From positions 1 to 55,873 of the IMG/VR virus record IMGVR_UViG_3300028809_000018: a stretch of DNA of 55,873 nucleotides. The stretch is one strand, 5' to 3'. Shown here piece after piece: positions 1 through 8,789 of this stretch. The notes beneath the pieces are model-generated. The model was not told the DNA's origin and did no database searches. It saw nothing but the letters and a program-made list of their open reading frames with translations. Every line of letters begins with the position of its first letter. The stretch's first letter is position 1. A program made the position numbers and the translations under genes. The DNA is from a virus (Duplodnaviria > Caudoviricetes).

Positions 1-127
1 GAATACTCAGAACTAAAAGAAAGAAAAAATGAAAGATAGCAGGTCAGGGGCATGATCATTTGCTTTATGTTGATCATGAGAGGAGGTTGACAGGGGTATA
101 TCCGGGTGTGAAGATGGTGTGGTGAGT
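1..127 (+). repeat. Left terminal inverted repeat (127 bp)
   Basis: Bases 1-127 are the exact reverse complement of 55747-55873; identity ends after ...GGTGAGT. AT-rich compared with the rest of the genome. Confidence 0.97.
87..115 (+). promoter_or_regulatory. Promoter inside the TIR (TTGACA-N17-GAAGAT) with an ATATCCGGGT operator in the spacer
   Basis: Perfect -35 at 87-92, imperfect -10 at 110-115, motif at 98-107; mirrored at the right end. Confidence 0.6.
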
Positions 128-409
128 CGCAAGCAAGCCCTCTGCGTCCACTGCGGGCGCGTCACCAACAACGAGGAGGCGGGCTACGGCTCCGTCGAGG
201 GACAGCCCCTGTGCCACCCCAACGTCACAGGTCGACCGGACTGTTACCACCTCGTGACCGTCTACAAGCACGTCCTAGCCAACTGTCCGATCTGCTCTTG
301 GAGAGAGAAGCCCGGTGTCAAAGTCGAAGCTCATCAGCGTCGTGATCGCACTGTTGACGATGGCCGCGTGCGCACCCGGCGCCCGCCCCGACCCAAATCC
401 GCAGCCTGA
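122..409 (+). CDS. Small Cys/His-rich (putative Zn-binding) hypothetical protein
   Basis: ORF with CVHC...CH...C...CPIC; the GTG start lies in the last bases of the TIR. Confidence 0.6.
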   Translation: MSRKQALCVHCGRVTNNEEAGYGSVEGQPLCHPNVTGRPDCYHLVTVYKHVLANCPICSWREKPGVKVEAHQRRDRTVDDGRVRTRRPPRPKSAA

Positions 410-878
410 CCATGGGCCGCCCGACGGCTTTGAGCTGACCACGCCGACCGGCCCGGTCGACTACCGGGCGCTTCTGTCGGTGGTGAACGATCCCGCGGGT
501 GCGTTCTACTTCGAGGACCGCTGGGTCGACTGTTCGATCATCGGCAAGGGCCGCGACAAGCGCGTGGTGACCGTGAAGGACTCGAAGACGGGCGTCGTGA
601 TGCCCTATCAGAACTTCATCCCCGACATCCGCATCCCCTACAACAAGATCTACGACCTGCCGATCCAGAACATCGAGGGCGCGGCGGCCTTCATCGAGGT
701 GGTGTGCACGGGCCTGCTCTACGCGGGCGACGCACTGATGATGGAGGTCACCCTCGACGACCGCAACCGCCTGGCGCCGGTCATTTCGAGCGTCGAGATG
801 GACGAGATCCCCCGCGATGTGGACCCGAGCCGGCTCTACGCCGCCATCGTGACCGCCACGATCGCTACGGGCGCATGA
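315..878 (+). CDS. Putative lipoprotein
   Basis: Basic N-terminus, hydrophobic stretch, lipobox-like MAAC followed by a Pro-rich linker. Confidence 0.7.
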   Translation: MSKSKLISVVIALLTMAACAPGARPDPNPQPDHGPPDGFELTTPTGPVDYRALLSVVNDPAGAFYFEDRWVDCSIIGKGRDKRVVTVKDSKTGVVMPYQNFIPDIRIPYNKIYDLPIQNIEGAAAFIEVVCTGLLYAGDALMMEVTLDDRNRLAPVISSVEMDEIPRDVDPSRLYAAIVTATIATGA

Positions 879-1063
879 TCCGCTTCATCAACATCCTGTT
901 CCTCCTGCTGAACATCGGGAACGCCGTCATGACTTCGGTGGCGTTCCCCGAGCGGGCCGGGCTTCTTCCGGTCCTGGCCTTCGTTCACGCCGTCGGGACC
1001 TGGTTCTACGAGGGCATCTACCTGAAGGGACAGCGGCATGAAGATCATGCTGGCGGGCGATAG
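875..1063 (+). CDS. Small membrane protein
   Basis: ATGA overlap with the upstream stop; two hydrophobic segments (MIRFINILFLLL...). Confidence 0.6.
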   Translation: MIRFINILFLLLNIGNAVMTSVAFPERAGLLPVLAFVHAVGTWFYEGIYLKGQRHEDHAGGR

Positions 1064-1898
1064 CCACGGCGACACCATGTACCTGCGCCAGCTCCTGCAC
1101 CGCTGCGAGGACCAGGGGCTCGACCTGCTGTTCGTCCTGGGAGACTTCGGCTACTGGGAGCACACCGCCGAGGGTGTCCATTTCCTCGACCGGCTCGACT
1201 TCTGGGCCGCCCGCCACGACACTCCCATCTACTTCTTGGACGGCAACCACGACAAGACGTCGCTGCTGCTGGAGAAGTACGGCAACGACGTGGGGCCGGA
1301 CGGGTTCCTGGAGGTGCGCAACTGGATCAGCTACGCGCCCCGCGGGCTGCGCTGGGAGTGGTCGGGGAAGAAGTTCATCGCGCTCGGGGGCGCGTACAGC
1401 GTGGACAAGGGCTGGCGCCTCGACCTAGAGCGCAAGAAGGGCAAGCCCGAGTCGTTGTGGTTCCCGGAGGAGGAGATGTCCGATGTGGACATGGCTGACA
1501 TCCTGGCCGCCGACGACAGCCTGGTCCACATCATGCTCGCCCACGACAAGCCCCGCGCGTCCCAGCCCATGTGGAATCGGAAGGACCTGCCGGGCTGCAT
1601 ACCCAATCAGCAGCGGCTCCAGCGGGCCGCGGTCACCCTTCAGCCCGAACTGTTTGTCCACGGGCACCTTCACTACCGCTACACCGACCACATTCAGGTC
1701 GGGGACATGGACTACTGCCGGGTGGAGGGGCTCGACTGCAACCGGAACGCCGACCATGGCGGGGGCGGGCCGTGGATGGTCGAGGACACGTACCTCATCC
1801 TTGACCTGACGGACGACTTGAACCGCCCCAGGTCCCAGCCCATCGGCAACACCGACAGCGACAAGCGCGGTCGGTACCTATCGGAAGAGGCAGCATGA
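1038..1898 (+). CDS. Calcineurin-like metallophosphoesterase
   Basis: GDSHG, GDFG, DGNHD, AHD and HGHLH motifs. Confidence 0.92.
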   Translation: MKIMLAGDSHGDTMYLRQLLHRCEDQGLDLLFVLGDFGYWEHTAEGVHFLDRLDFWAARHDTPIYFLDGNHDKTSLLLEKYGNDVGPDGFLEVRNWISYAPRGLRWEWSGKKFIALGGAYSVDKGWRLDLERKKGKPESLWFPEEEMSDVDMADILAADDSLVHIMLAHDKPRASQPMWNRKDLPGCIPNQQRLQRAAVTLQPELFVHGHLHYRYTDHIQVGDMDYCRVEGLDCNRNADHGGGGPWMVEDTYLILDLTDDLNRPRSQPIGNTDSDKRGRYLSEEAA

Positions 1899-2284
1899 CG
1901 CAACGCATCAAGGCGCTTCTGGGCGCCACCCTCATCGCGCTCGGGCTGGTGGTCGCCGTGCCGGCGCCCGCGAGCGCGAGCTTCAGCCAGTGCAACGCCT
2001 TGGCCGTGGAGATCTGCGGTTGGGAGAACGTCAACTGGGGTGGCGTGCACCGGAAGTTCACGGGCACCCGGTACGTCTGCTACACGCTTCAGGGCCAGTA
2101 CTTCGACCAGAAGCTCAGTTCGGTCTGGAATCACCGCCCCCTGGAGGAGCTGCGCCTCTACTCCGGCAACGCCTGCGGGGGCAACATGCTGATCATCAAC
2201 CCCAACTCGGGCAGCTCAAATCTGGGCACGGTGGGCGGCGGCTGGAATGATGTCGCCCGCTCCTGGTCGATCGCTTGGGACTAG
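1895..2284 (+). CDS. Secreted beta/gamma-crystallin-like (peptidase inhibitor I36-like) protein
   Basis: Signal peptide ending PASA; C-x-W-E-N-x-N-W-G-G, LSSVWN, LYSGNACGG and WNDVARS pattern. Confidence 0.7.
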   Translation: MTQRIKALLGATLIALGLVVAVPAPASASFSQCNALAVEICGWENVNWGGVHRKFTGTRYVCYTLQGQYFDQKLSSVWNHRPLEELRLYSGNACGGNMLIINPNSGSSNLGTVGGGWNDVARSWSIAWD

Positions 2285-2286
2285 TC

Positions 2287-2397
2287 GTGGACACCGCGAC
2301 CGTCCTCGGCATCTGGCTGTGCGCTGGCCTGATCGCCATGCTGATCGTCGGAATTACTGATGCTCTCCTGGCCGACGTCGAGGCTCAATCGGACTAA
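2287..2397 (+). CDS. 36-aa single-TM peptide
   Basis: GTG just after the upstream stop; MDTATVLGIWLCAGLIAMLIVGITDALLADVEAQSD; fills the gap. Confidence 0.5.
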   Translation: MDTATVLGIWLCAGLIAMLIVGITDALLADVEAQSD

Positions 2398-2406
2398 TCT
2401 GGCCTT

Positions 2407-2700
2407 GTGGCCGGAACCATCTCAATGCGACTAGCCCGCAGGCAGGGTGCCCACCTTGACTGCGGGCAGTTTGCTGACCTGAACCTTGGCGACGGCAACG
2501 CCGAGCACCTGATGGAGTACTGGACGCGAGGTAAGGGCGCCGCGAAGATCCGCTGGGGCACAGACGGGTCTTTTGCCCGATGCGTCCGACAGCTCCGCAA
2601 ATACGTCAAGTTCTCCCCCGAGGGCCTGTGCGCCAAGCTGCACAAACGCGCCACGGGGCAATGGCCCACAGAGGGCGGTAAAGCCGGCATTCCCAGCTAA
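2407..2700 (+). CDS. Conserved actinophage hypothetical protein
   Basis: YWTRGKGAAKIRWGTDGSFARC...GLCAKLH motif that I recognise from actinophage proteins; start uncertain. Confidence 0.65.
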   Translation: MAGTISMRLARRQGAHLDCGQFADLNLGDGNAEHLMEYWTRGKGAAKIRWGTDGSFARCVRQLRKYVKFSPEGLCAKLHKRATGQWPTEGGKAGIPS

Positions 2701-2709
2701 TCTGAGCAC

Positions 2710-3225
2710 ATGCCGGGCACTACCACCAACTTCTCCTGGCCGACACCGAGCAACGGTGACCCGGCGCAGGTCGCCATCGACACCACCGCCTCGCTCGCGG
2801 CCATCGACTCGACGCTCGGTGATGACTGGACGACGTTCACCACGACGTGGGCGTCGACCGGCACCGCGGTCGCGATCGGGGACGCCACCACCAGCTCGCG
2901 CTACAAGCTGTTCGGCAAGTGGGCGATCATTGAGTCGCGGATTATCTTCGGCGCCACCACCACGTACGGCACGGGCACGTATTCGTTCACCATCCCCGCC
3001 GGCCTGACGATGGCTAACCTGACCGGCAACCTGCTCCCGCGGGGCTGGGCGCTCGTGGTGGACTCTTCGACCAGCACCCAGTACGTCGGGGTGGCCACGT
3101 ACGTTTCGGGCACTACGGTGGGCATCAGGACCCACGGCGCGACCGCCCTGGTTGGGCAACTCGTTCCCGTGACGTTCGCCTCGGGGGACTCGATTGGTTG
3201 GCACATCGAGGTTGAGCTGCTCTGA
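2710..3225 (+). CDS. Putative virion/minor tail-like protein
   Basis: Thr-rich beta protein with an N-terminal TT-x-F-x-W-P-x-P motif similar to the minor tail proteins at 37060-38836. Confidence 0.55.
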   Translation: MPGTTTNFSWPTPSNGDPAQVAIDTTASLAAIDSTLGDDWTTFTTTWASTGTAVAIGDATTSSRYKLFGKWAIIESRIIFGATTTYGTGTYSFTIPAGLTMANLTGNLLPRGWALVVDSSTSTQYVGVATYVSGTTVGIRTHGATALVGQLVPVTFASGDSIGWHIEVELL

Positions 3226-3245
3226 GTCTGGGGAAGAATGGGAGC

Positions 3246-3575
3246 ATGACGTCCCCGATGCCCGAAGTACACGTACATGTGCACGTAGAGGGCTCCATCG
3301 CGGGCCTGAACGAGATCAAGGAGTCCATTGTGGCCACCAAGGAAGAGGTTCTTGCCCAGGTCGCCGACCTGAAGGCGCTCGCGGTCGAGAACCTCGAAGA
3401 CACCCAGCGCGTGATCGCCAAGCTCGAAGAGGCGATCGCCAACCAGGACCTGACCGCCGTAGCCGAGGCCCTCACGGACCTCAAGGCAACCACCCAGGCG
3501 ACCAACGACGCCATCGAGGCCGCGGACCCGGAGGTTGTCGAGCCCCCGGTCGAGCCGGAGCCCGAGCCGGCGTAA
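3246..3575 (+). CDS. Acidic coiled-coil hypothetical protein
   Basis: RBS GGGAG; heptad-like acidic sequence; high-GC codon usage. Confidence 0.75.
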   Translation: MTSPMPEVHVHVHVEGSIAGLNEIKESIVATKEEVLAQVADLKALAVENLEDTQRVIAKLEEAIANQDLTAVAEALTDLKATTQATNDAIEAADPEVVEPPVEPEPEPA

Positions 3576-3607
3576 GCTCATCCCCGGTTCACGGGATGGA
3601 CTGGGGT

Positions 3608-3640
3608 AAGGCCCTCACGACTTGTCGTGGGGGCCTTTTT
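3608..3640 (+). terminator. Intrinsic terminator
   Basis: AAGGCCCTCACGAC-TT-GTCGTGGGGGCCTT followed by TTT at the convergence of + and - genes. Confidence 0.8.
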
Positions 3641-3896
3641 AGTACCCGCGGCGGGTCAGGAGCCGCTCGCTGGGCGCGGACGAGAGATGCGCCCACTCCA
3701 GGTTGAAGTCGAGCGGCACGAGCCGCCGGCAGATGCGCTTTTCGACGCATCCGATGCACAGCATGCCGGCGCGCTCCTCGGGGTGGGTGATGCAGCGCCA
3801 GATCGCGTCGTCGAGCATGTAGTGCTCTTTGATGACTGACGTGTTGACGTCGCAGTCCATGCAGTGCGAGCCGTGCGGAGTCCCCACTGCCTTCAT
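3639..3896 (-). CDS. Zn-finger hypothetical protein
   Basis: CMDC...LCIGC motifs. Confidence 0.7.
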   Translation of the reverse strand: MKAVGTPHGSHCMDCDVNTSVIKEHYMLDDAIWRCITHPEERAGMLCIGCVEKRICRRLVPLDFNLEWAHLSSAPSERLLTRRGY

Positions 3897-3934
3897 CGGC
3901 CGCCCATCAGTCGCCGTCCTTCATCCCGCTCCCA

Positions 3935-6520
3935 TCAGATGCCCCCCATGAATCCATTGTGGCCAATCGCGAGGCCAACGAAGTGGTCCGCGGTCTTGCC
4001 GCGTGGCCGCATTCGCTTATATCCCAACGCTTCCAGGCGCTGGTAGAGCCGCTGTGCCCCAAGTGGACGGTAGGACTGCTCTCGACACCACTTGTGGTAG
4101 AGGTTCTTCACCATGATGGGCTTGATGAGGTAGTCGCCGTTGTTCAAATCGGACAGAAGCGTCTCATCGGTGATCATCTCGTTGAGGAATTCGAGCGCGT
4201 TGTTCTGCTCGACCTTCGCCGCCTCGACCGCCTCCATCACGATCGGCGGGGCGTCGGCGAGGCCGCGCTCCTTGTACTTCAGGAGGCCCTCCAGCATCCA
4301 CATCAGGATGCCGTCGCTCTCCTTCAACAGCTCATCGAGGATGTACGGGTCCTTGTTTTCGATCTTCTGGGTGAACGGGATGACCTTGATCCGGTCCCAG
4401 ATCGCGCCGTCGTCGCCCTGGATGCGGAAGTGGTGGTTGGTGGCCAGCCAGATCACGCACTGCGGAGTCCAGGTCTGATTCTCCTCGTACAGACCGCGCG
4501 AGGTGATCCGGTCCAAGCCGGTCAGGCGCTTCACCAGCGACTCATCCATCCGCACGCCGTAGTCCAGCTCGGACGCCGCGGCCACCCGCGCGCCGCGCAG
4601 GTCGTTGAGGTCGTTGGTGGGGCCGCCCCGCCCGTCGCCCTTGGTCCGGAACAGGCTGTCACCCGCGGTCGCCGCGTACGAGCCCATCACGGTCGACAGC
4701 ATCTCGATGAACCGGGACTTGCCCGTGCCCCCCGGTCCGTGCAGCACGGCGAGGGCGCGCTCGGCGGGGTAGCCGAGCAGGCTGTAGCCCACCATGCGCT
4801 GCAAGAAGTCCTGGGTGGCCGGGTCGGGCAGCACCTCATCGAGGTACTTGTGCCAGCGGTCCGCCTTCGCCTCCGGGTTGAACGAGGCGCCCATCTTCTT
4901 GGTGAGGTGCTGGTCGGGCTCGTGGGGCAGCAGCTCCATCGAGGTGAGGTCGATGGTGCCGTTTTCGACGTTGAGCAGGTTGCGGTCCTGGTCGAATTCA
5001 CGCAGCGGCACGTGCGCGTAGGTCTTGAGCATGCTGACCGCGGCGTTGATCCGGCCGTCGTTGGGGGCGTTGCGCGCCCACGTGCGGTACTTGGGGTCGG
5101 CGCTGACCTGCATGGCGTCGTCGGCGATCTTGTGGGCGACTTCGCGGCAGGCTGTCTTGATCTTCACGCCGTCGGAGTCGAGCTGCCAAGCGCCGTCTTC
5201 GTAGAAGAACCACTTTTTGCGCTCGGGCACGTACGCGATCGGGTACGGCACGTGCTGAAAGAAGAATTCCGCCAGCCTGGAGTCGTCCATGTGGCTCACC
5301 TTGTAGGGCTCGGGTTCGGTCGGAACCGAGTCTACGCCCTTATCCCCCTGCAATGCGATCTCAGTCGATGGAGCCGGCGTGCCCATGAACGTATCGGCGC
5401 TGGTCCGAGGCTCAAGCGGCGTGCCGTAGCCCCGCTTCGCCAGCTCCTTGACAGCGCTGCGCAGGTCCCCGCCGTGGTGATAGTGGGCGTGGACGAAGAG
5501 CTTGGTCAGCGGTTCCTCGCTGGGCAGGCCAGCCGAGGTGGACCACACGTACAGGCCCGGCTTGCCCTGGTAGTCGGTTGAGGCGCTCGCGCCCTCCCTC
5601 ACCGACTTACCGGGTCGCGTCCAGAGCCGCTCGCCGGTCGCGCCGTGCGACTCCAACTGCCAGCCGACAGGCTCCAGGATGTCCGCCCAGTCGGTCCTGA
5701 TACCGAAGTCGTCGCCGACCGATATGGCGCCCTCAGGGCGAAGCTGGAGCACCCGCGGAGCCGGCGGCGGGGGCGGTGGGGGCGTTTCGTCGATCGCGGC
5801 CTTGATGGCGGCGTGGATGGCGTCGCGCACGTCCGGCGGGATCGCGAGGATGGCCTCCGGGCCGCCGTTGATCGCGACCCAGGGCTCGCCCGACGGGTGG
5901 CAGGCGCCGGGCGACGGCGCCACGATCACGTAGCCGCCCTCGCCGCGCGTCTCCGCGCGGGTCTTCAGGTCCGGCCCCTGCGCGATCTTCGTGTTGCCCG
6001 GCACGTCCCCGCCGAGCACGTGATAGAGCAGGTGCAGGCCGCCCGAAGGCGTCCACTCGATGTAGCCCTCCTCCATGAGGGCTCGCCACTCGGGCACGAT
6101 GTGCGCGTCCATGTGCTGTTCGATCAGGAACAGCGTCTCGGACGACGTCCAGCCCGCCTCCAGCTCCAGCATCTCCAGGCCGCCGGACGCCTTCCCGCAG
6201 ATCACGGCGACACCGAGGGGGCTGTCGTCACCCCAGAGTGCGATCACGTCCTGCTCGGACAGGCGGGTCTGCTGGAGGGGCGCCCACGGCATGGTGGGGC
6301 GCTTCGACCCATCCACACGAATCGGGACAACTGAGCACCCGGCGTCCCACCACGGGAACGCGATGTTGCCTTGGGGTTGACGAGAGACTGCCGGCTGTGT
6401 CAATGTCGCTCCTGACAGCGTGTCCTGCGTTACCGAGCCCCCGCCAAGCAACTGGTGGGGGCTCAATGCTTTTGTCTGGGTTACCGTACGCCCGCCGACC
6501 TGGGTCTTGGCAAGCCCCAC
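3935..6520 (-). CDS. Bifunctional primase/polymerase fused to a D5/P4-type SF3 helicase
   Basis: N-terminal Prim-Pol motifs (TPSGGLHL, ETRGEGGYVIVAPS); D5_N region (LLNVENGTIDL); Walker A GPGGTGKS; ASE; VKRLTG. True start may lie somewhat inside this ORF. Confidence 0.92.
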   Translation of the reverse strand: MGLAKTQVGGRTVTQTKALSPHQLLGGGSVTQDTLSGATLTQPAVSRQPQGNIAFPWWDAGCSVVPIRVDGSKRPTMPWAPLQQTRLSEQDVIALWGDDSPLGVAVICGKASGGLEMLELEAGWTSSETLFLIEQHMDAHIVPEWRALMEEGYIEWTPSGGLHLLYHVLGGDVPGNTKIAQGPDLKTRAETRGEGGYVIVAPSPGACHPSGEPWVAINGGPEAILAIPPDVRDAIHAAIKAAIDETPPPPPPPAPRVLQLRPEGAISVGDDFGIRTDWADILEPVGWQLESHGATGERLWTRPGKSVREGASASTDYQGKPGLYVWSTSAGLPSEEPLTKLFVHAHYHHGGDLRSAVKELAKRGYGTPLEPRTSADTFMGTPAPSTEIALQGDKGVDSVPTEPEPYKVSHMDDSRLAEFFFQHVPYPIAYVPERKKWFFYEDGAWQLDSDGVKIKTACREVAHKIADDAMQVSADPKYRTWARNAPNDGRINAAVSMLKTYAHVPLREFDQDRNLLNVENGTIDLTSMELLPHEPDQHLTKKMGASFNPEAKADRWHKYLDEVLPDPATQDFLQRMVGYSLLGYPAERALAVLHGPGGTGKSRFIEMLSTVMGSYAATAGDSLFRTKGDGRGGPTNDLNDLRGARVAAASELDYGVRMDESLVKRLTGLDRITSRGLYEENQTWTPQCVIWLATNHHFRIQGDDGAIWDRIKVIPFTQKIENKDPYILDELLKESDGILMWMLEGLLKYKERGLADAPPIVMEAVEAAKVEQNNALEFLNEMITDETLLSDLNNGDYLIKPIMVKNLYHKWCREQSYRPLGAQRLYQRLEALGYKRMRPRGKTADHFVGLAIGHNGFMGGI

Positions 6521-6590
6521 GCGCAGACATACGATGATCGTCGAGATCGGGTTTTGGTCGACACGTTCTCGTCCTTCTCTCCAAGAAGGT

Positions 6591-6626
6591 CAGGAGCCCC
6601 GAAGAGTCACTCCTTCGGGGCTCCTG
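6591..6626. terminator. Strong hairpin between SSB and primase
   Basis: CAGGAGCCCCGAAG...CTTCGGGGCTCCTG inverted repeat. Confidence 0.6.
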
Positions 6627-6636
6627 TCTGTGCGGG

Positions 6637-7206
6637 TTAGAACGGGATGTCCTCATCTGCCCCATGATGGGCGGGCTTGAGCTTTTCCTCGACCTGGCGC
6701 TTGGCCGCCATCTGGGCCAGCAGGCCGCCATCCTCCTGCTCGGACGGGGGCGCCTTGTCGCCAGCCGGGCTGGCGTCCATGAACGCCGCCTCCGCGGTCG
6801 GGGGCTTGTACTTCGCCGTCCAACCGATCTTCGCCGGGTTGGAGCGGAACTTCGCGTTCGCCTTCTCCTCGAATTTGTCGAAGCGCAAGAAGAGCTTGCC
6901 GCCGACCTCGATGTTCTCGGCACCCGCGGCGCGCACCGCGGCGCGGACCGCCTCCAGGCGCTTCCACGACAGCGAGATGGCGCGGACTCCGTCATCCCAC
7001 GCGTCCTCAGGGTCACGCAGATCGGTCTGGAGCTTCAAGCTGAAGTACCACTTTGGCTTGCCGTCGTCCCACGTCTTCGGCTCGCCTGTGTTGATGTCGG
7101 TCTGCTGGAGCTTCTCGGGCGGGGCTATGACGGTCCCCACGACGGCGTCACCCTCCTGATCGAACTGGAAGGACTTGACGCCTCCGCCCATGAAGTCATC
7201 GGACAC
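6637..7206 (-). CDS. Putative single-stranded DNA-binding protein
   Basis: OB-like beta sequence, acidic C-terminal tail ending DEDIPF, position next to the primase and exonuclease. Confidence 0.7.
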   Translation of the reverse strand: MSDDFMGGGVKSFQFDQEGDAVVGTVIAPPEKLQQTDINTGEPKTWDDGKPKWYFSLKLQTDLRDPEDAWDDGVRAISLSWKRLEAVRAAVRAAGAENIEVGGKLFLRFDKFEEKANAKFRSNPAKIGWTAKYKPPTAEAAFMDASPAGDKAPPSEQEDGGLLAQMAAKRQVEEKLKPAHHGADEDIPF

Positions 7207-7240
7207 TTTGGACTCCTTAACTGTCTAAACTGGACTGTTA

Positions 7241-7540
7241 TTACACTCGGTTGAGATCGATCATCTCGGCACGCTCGGGCCAGTGCCACGTGCCGCCGCG
7301 GTGCTTGGTTACGTGCTGGATCAGGTCTGTGTCAGGGATCGGCCGCTCCTCGACCTCCCCCTGATCCTCCTCAACGCCGTGGTTGAAGAAGAGGCCCGTG
7401 GGGTTAAGCACACACAAGCTGATCTCGTAGTCGCTTGAGCCGACCGCGGTCACGATTGCGGCCCGGCACTCGGAGGCGTATTCGCCGCCCGGCGTGCCGT
7501 ACGACACGTAGTGGACGGTGCGCCCGACTGTTGGCCTCAT
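7241..7540 (-). CDS. Conserved actinophage hypothetical protein
   Basis: PTVGRTVHY...CRAAIVT...GTWHWP motif. Confidence 0.75.
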   Translation of the reverse strand: MRPTVGRTVHYVSYGTPGGEYASECRAAIVTAVGSSDYEISLCVLNPTGLFFNHGVEEDQGEVEERPIPDTDLIQHVTKHRGGTWHWPERAEMIDLNRV

Positions 7541-7818
7541 TCGGCGCCACCGTCGGGCTCAATCGGTTGCGTGGCCTGCAATTCGTCGGCGATCGGCGTG
7601 CGCGTCGCCTCCAGCGCCTCGATGCCGTCCAACACGATCGCGTACTTCCAGCTCTGGAAGATGGCGATGGTGTCCTTGGTGACGTCGAGCACGTACAGGA
7701 GGGCTTGGCCCTTCTCCGACTCGATGACCTCGATGTCGACGCCCTGACCGATCAGCTCAATGATGTGCTTCTCGCCACCGTCGAACCATCCATCGGGGAT
7801 TACAACCCTGACTGCCAT
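7537..7818 (-). CDS. Hypothetical protein
   Basis: Tightly coupled ORF in the operon (ATGA overlap). Confidence 0.7.
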   Translation of the reverse strand: MAVRVVIPDGWFDGGEKHIIELIGQGVDIEVIESEKGQALLYVLDVTKDTIAIFQSWKYAIVLDGIEALEATRTPIADELQATQPIEPDGGAE

Positions 7819-8631
7819 TCAGTTCCTCCCTGGACACCCGTTCGCTCCGGGCTCGATGCCCATGAGCGTATCGCCGCTCGCGAACCACGGGCAGTACCCA
7901 CAGGCGTCGGCTGGTGTCGCGCTGATCTCCCATGGTTTCGTGCCGGCGAGCAGCCGGTCACCGATTCTGTATACGCGCTCGATCATGCGCTCCGCAAGAT
8001 GCCGGCGGTAGATGTCGCGCCAGACATAGATCCCCGAGAGCCAGCCCGCGCGCGGGAGGAACACGAGGGCGATGTCCTTCACGGGCCGCCCGGCGCGCTC
8101 GTGTCCGAGCCCGTACAGGTTGGCCTGGTAGATGTAGCTGGCCGGCGGGCCGTGGGCGCGGATCTTCCGCAACACGTCCGTGCCCGCCGTTTTCCAGTCG
8201 ATGACTCGCTGCTTTTTGCGGTCGTATACGTCGGAATGGCCCTTGATGAGGTCATCCGGCTTGACCGCGATCTCGGTGGACCAGCCATCGATGATGCCGG
8301 CGGACTGGTAGGTGTGTACGGCGCCCTCCATCCAGTGGTGCACCGCGGTCCCGACGATCGCTGGCCACGGGTCCTTCGCCGCGTTCACCTCGGGCGTCTC
8401 CATCAGGCGGTACGCGATGCGCCGATCGCAGGCGTCGCCCATCTCGCTGGGGCCGATCTGGCGCTGGAGCGAGCGGGCCGAGTTGCCGTCAGCGTGCCGG
8501 ATCATCTTCTGCACCAACGTCTTCAGCTCGGCGGCCTCCGCGCCGTCCTGGTCGTCGCACGTGGGGTGGAAGGCGATGCCCTGCTTCACCAGCACGGCGT
8601 CCATGGGCTCATCGCAGAGCAGACAGTTCAT
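7819..8631 (-). CDS. Cas4-like PD-(D/E)XK exonuclease
   Basis: IGPSEMG.C.R, GTAVH, GHSD, VIDWKT, Q..LY and C-terminal CGYCP...C. Confidence 0.88.
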   Translation of the reverse strand: MNCLLCDEPMDAVLVKQGIAFHPTCDDQDGAEAAELKTLVQKMIRHADGNSARSLQRQIGPSEMGDACDRRIAYRLMETPEVNAAKDPWPAIVGTAVHHWMEGAVHTYQSAGIIDGWSTEIAVKPDDLIKGHSDVYDRKKQRVIDWKTAGTDVLRKIRAHGPPASYIYQANLYGLGHERAGRPVKDIALVFLPRAGWLSGIYVWRDIYRRHLAERMIERVYRIGDRLLAGTKPWEISATPADACGYCPWFASGDTLMGIEPGANGCPGRN

Positions 8632-8789
8632 AGGCTCCCCCTTCGTTGCGAGGACCCTACATCCACCCACCGACAGAAAGACGCCCCGCCAAGGCCGGAT
8701 GGGAGTCCGACAGCCCGGCGGGGCGTCTTGGGGGGCGTGTGCGAGAAACCATGGGGGAGATCTCGCGCCCCGGAAGGGAGTTGTGCGGG

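Noticed and set aside
1-60. Streptomyces-type linear replicon telomere
   Set aside because: The ends are AT-rich and lack the clustered GC palindromes of archetypal Tap/Tpg telomeres; no terminal protein gene was recognised.
7819-8631. Cas4-like nuclease as the adaptation module for the arrays
   Set aside because: It lies 41 kb away beside SSB and primase, the usual recombination/replication context for this family in actinophages.
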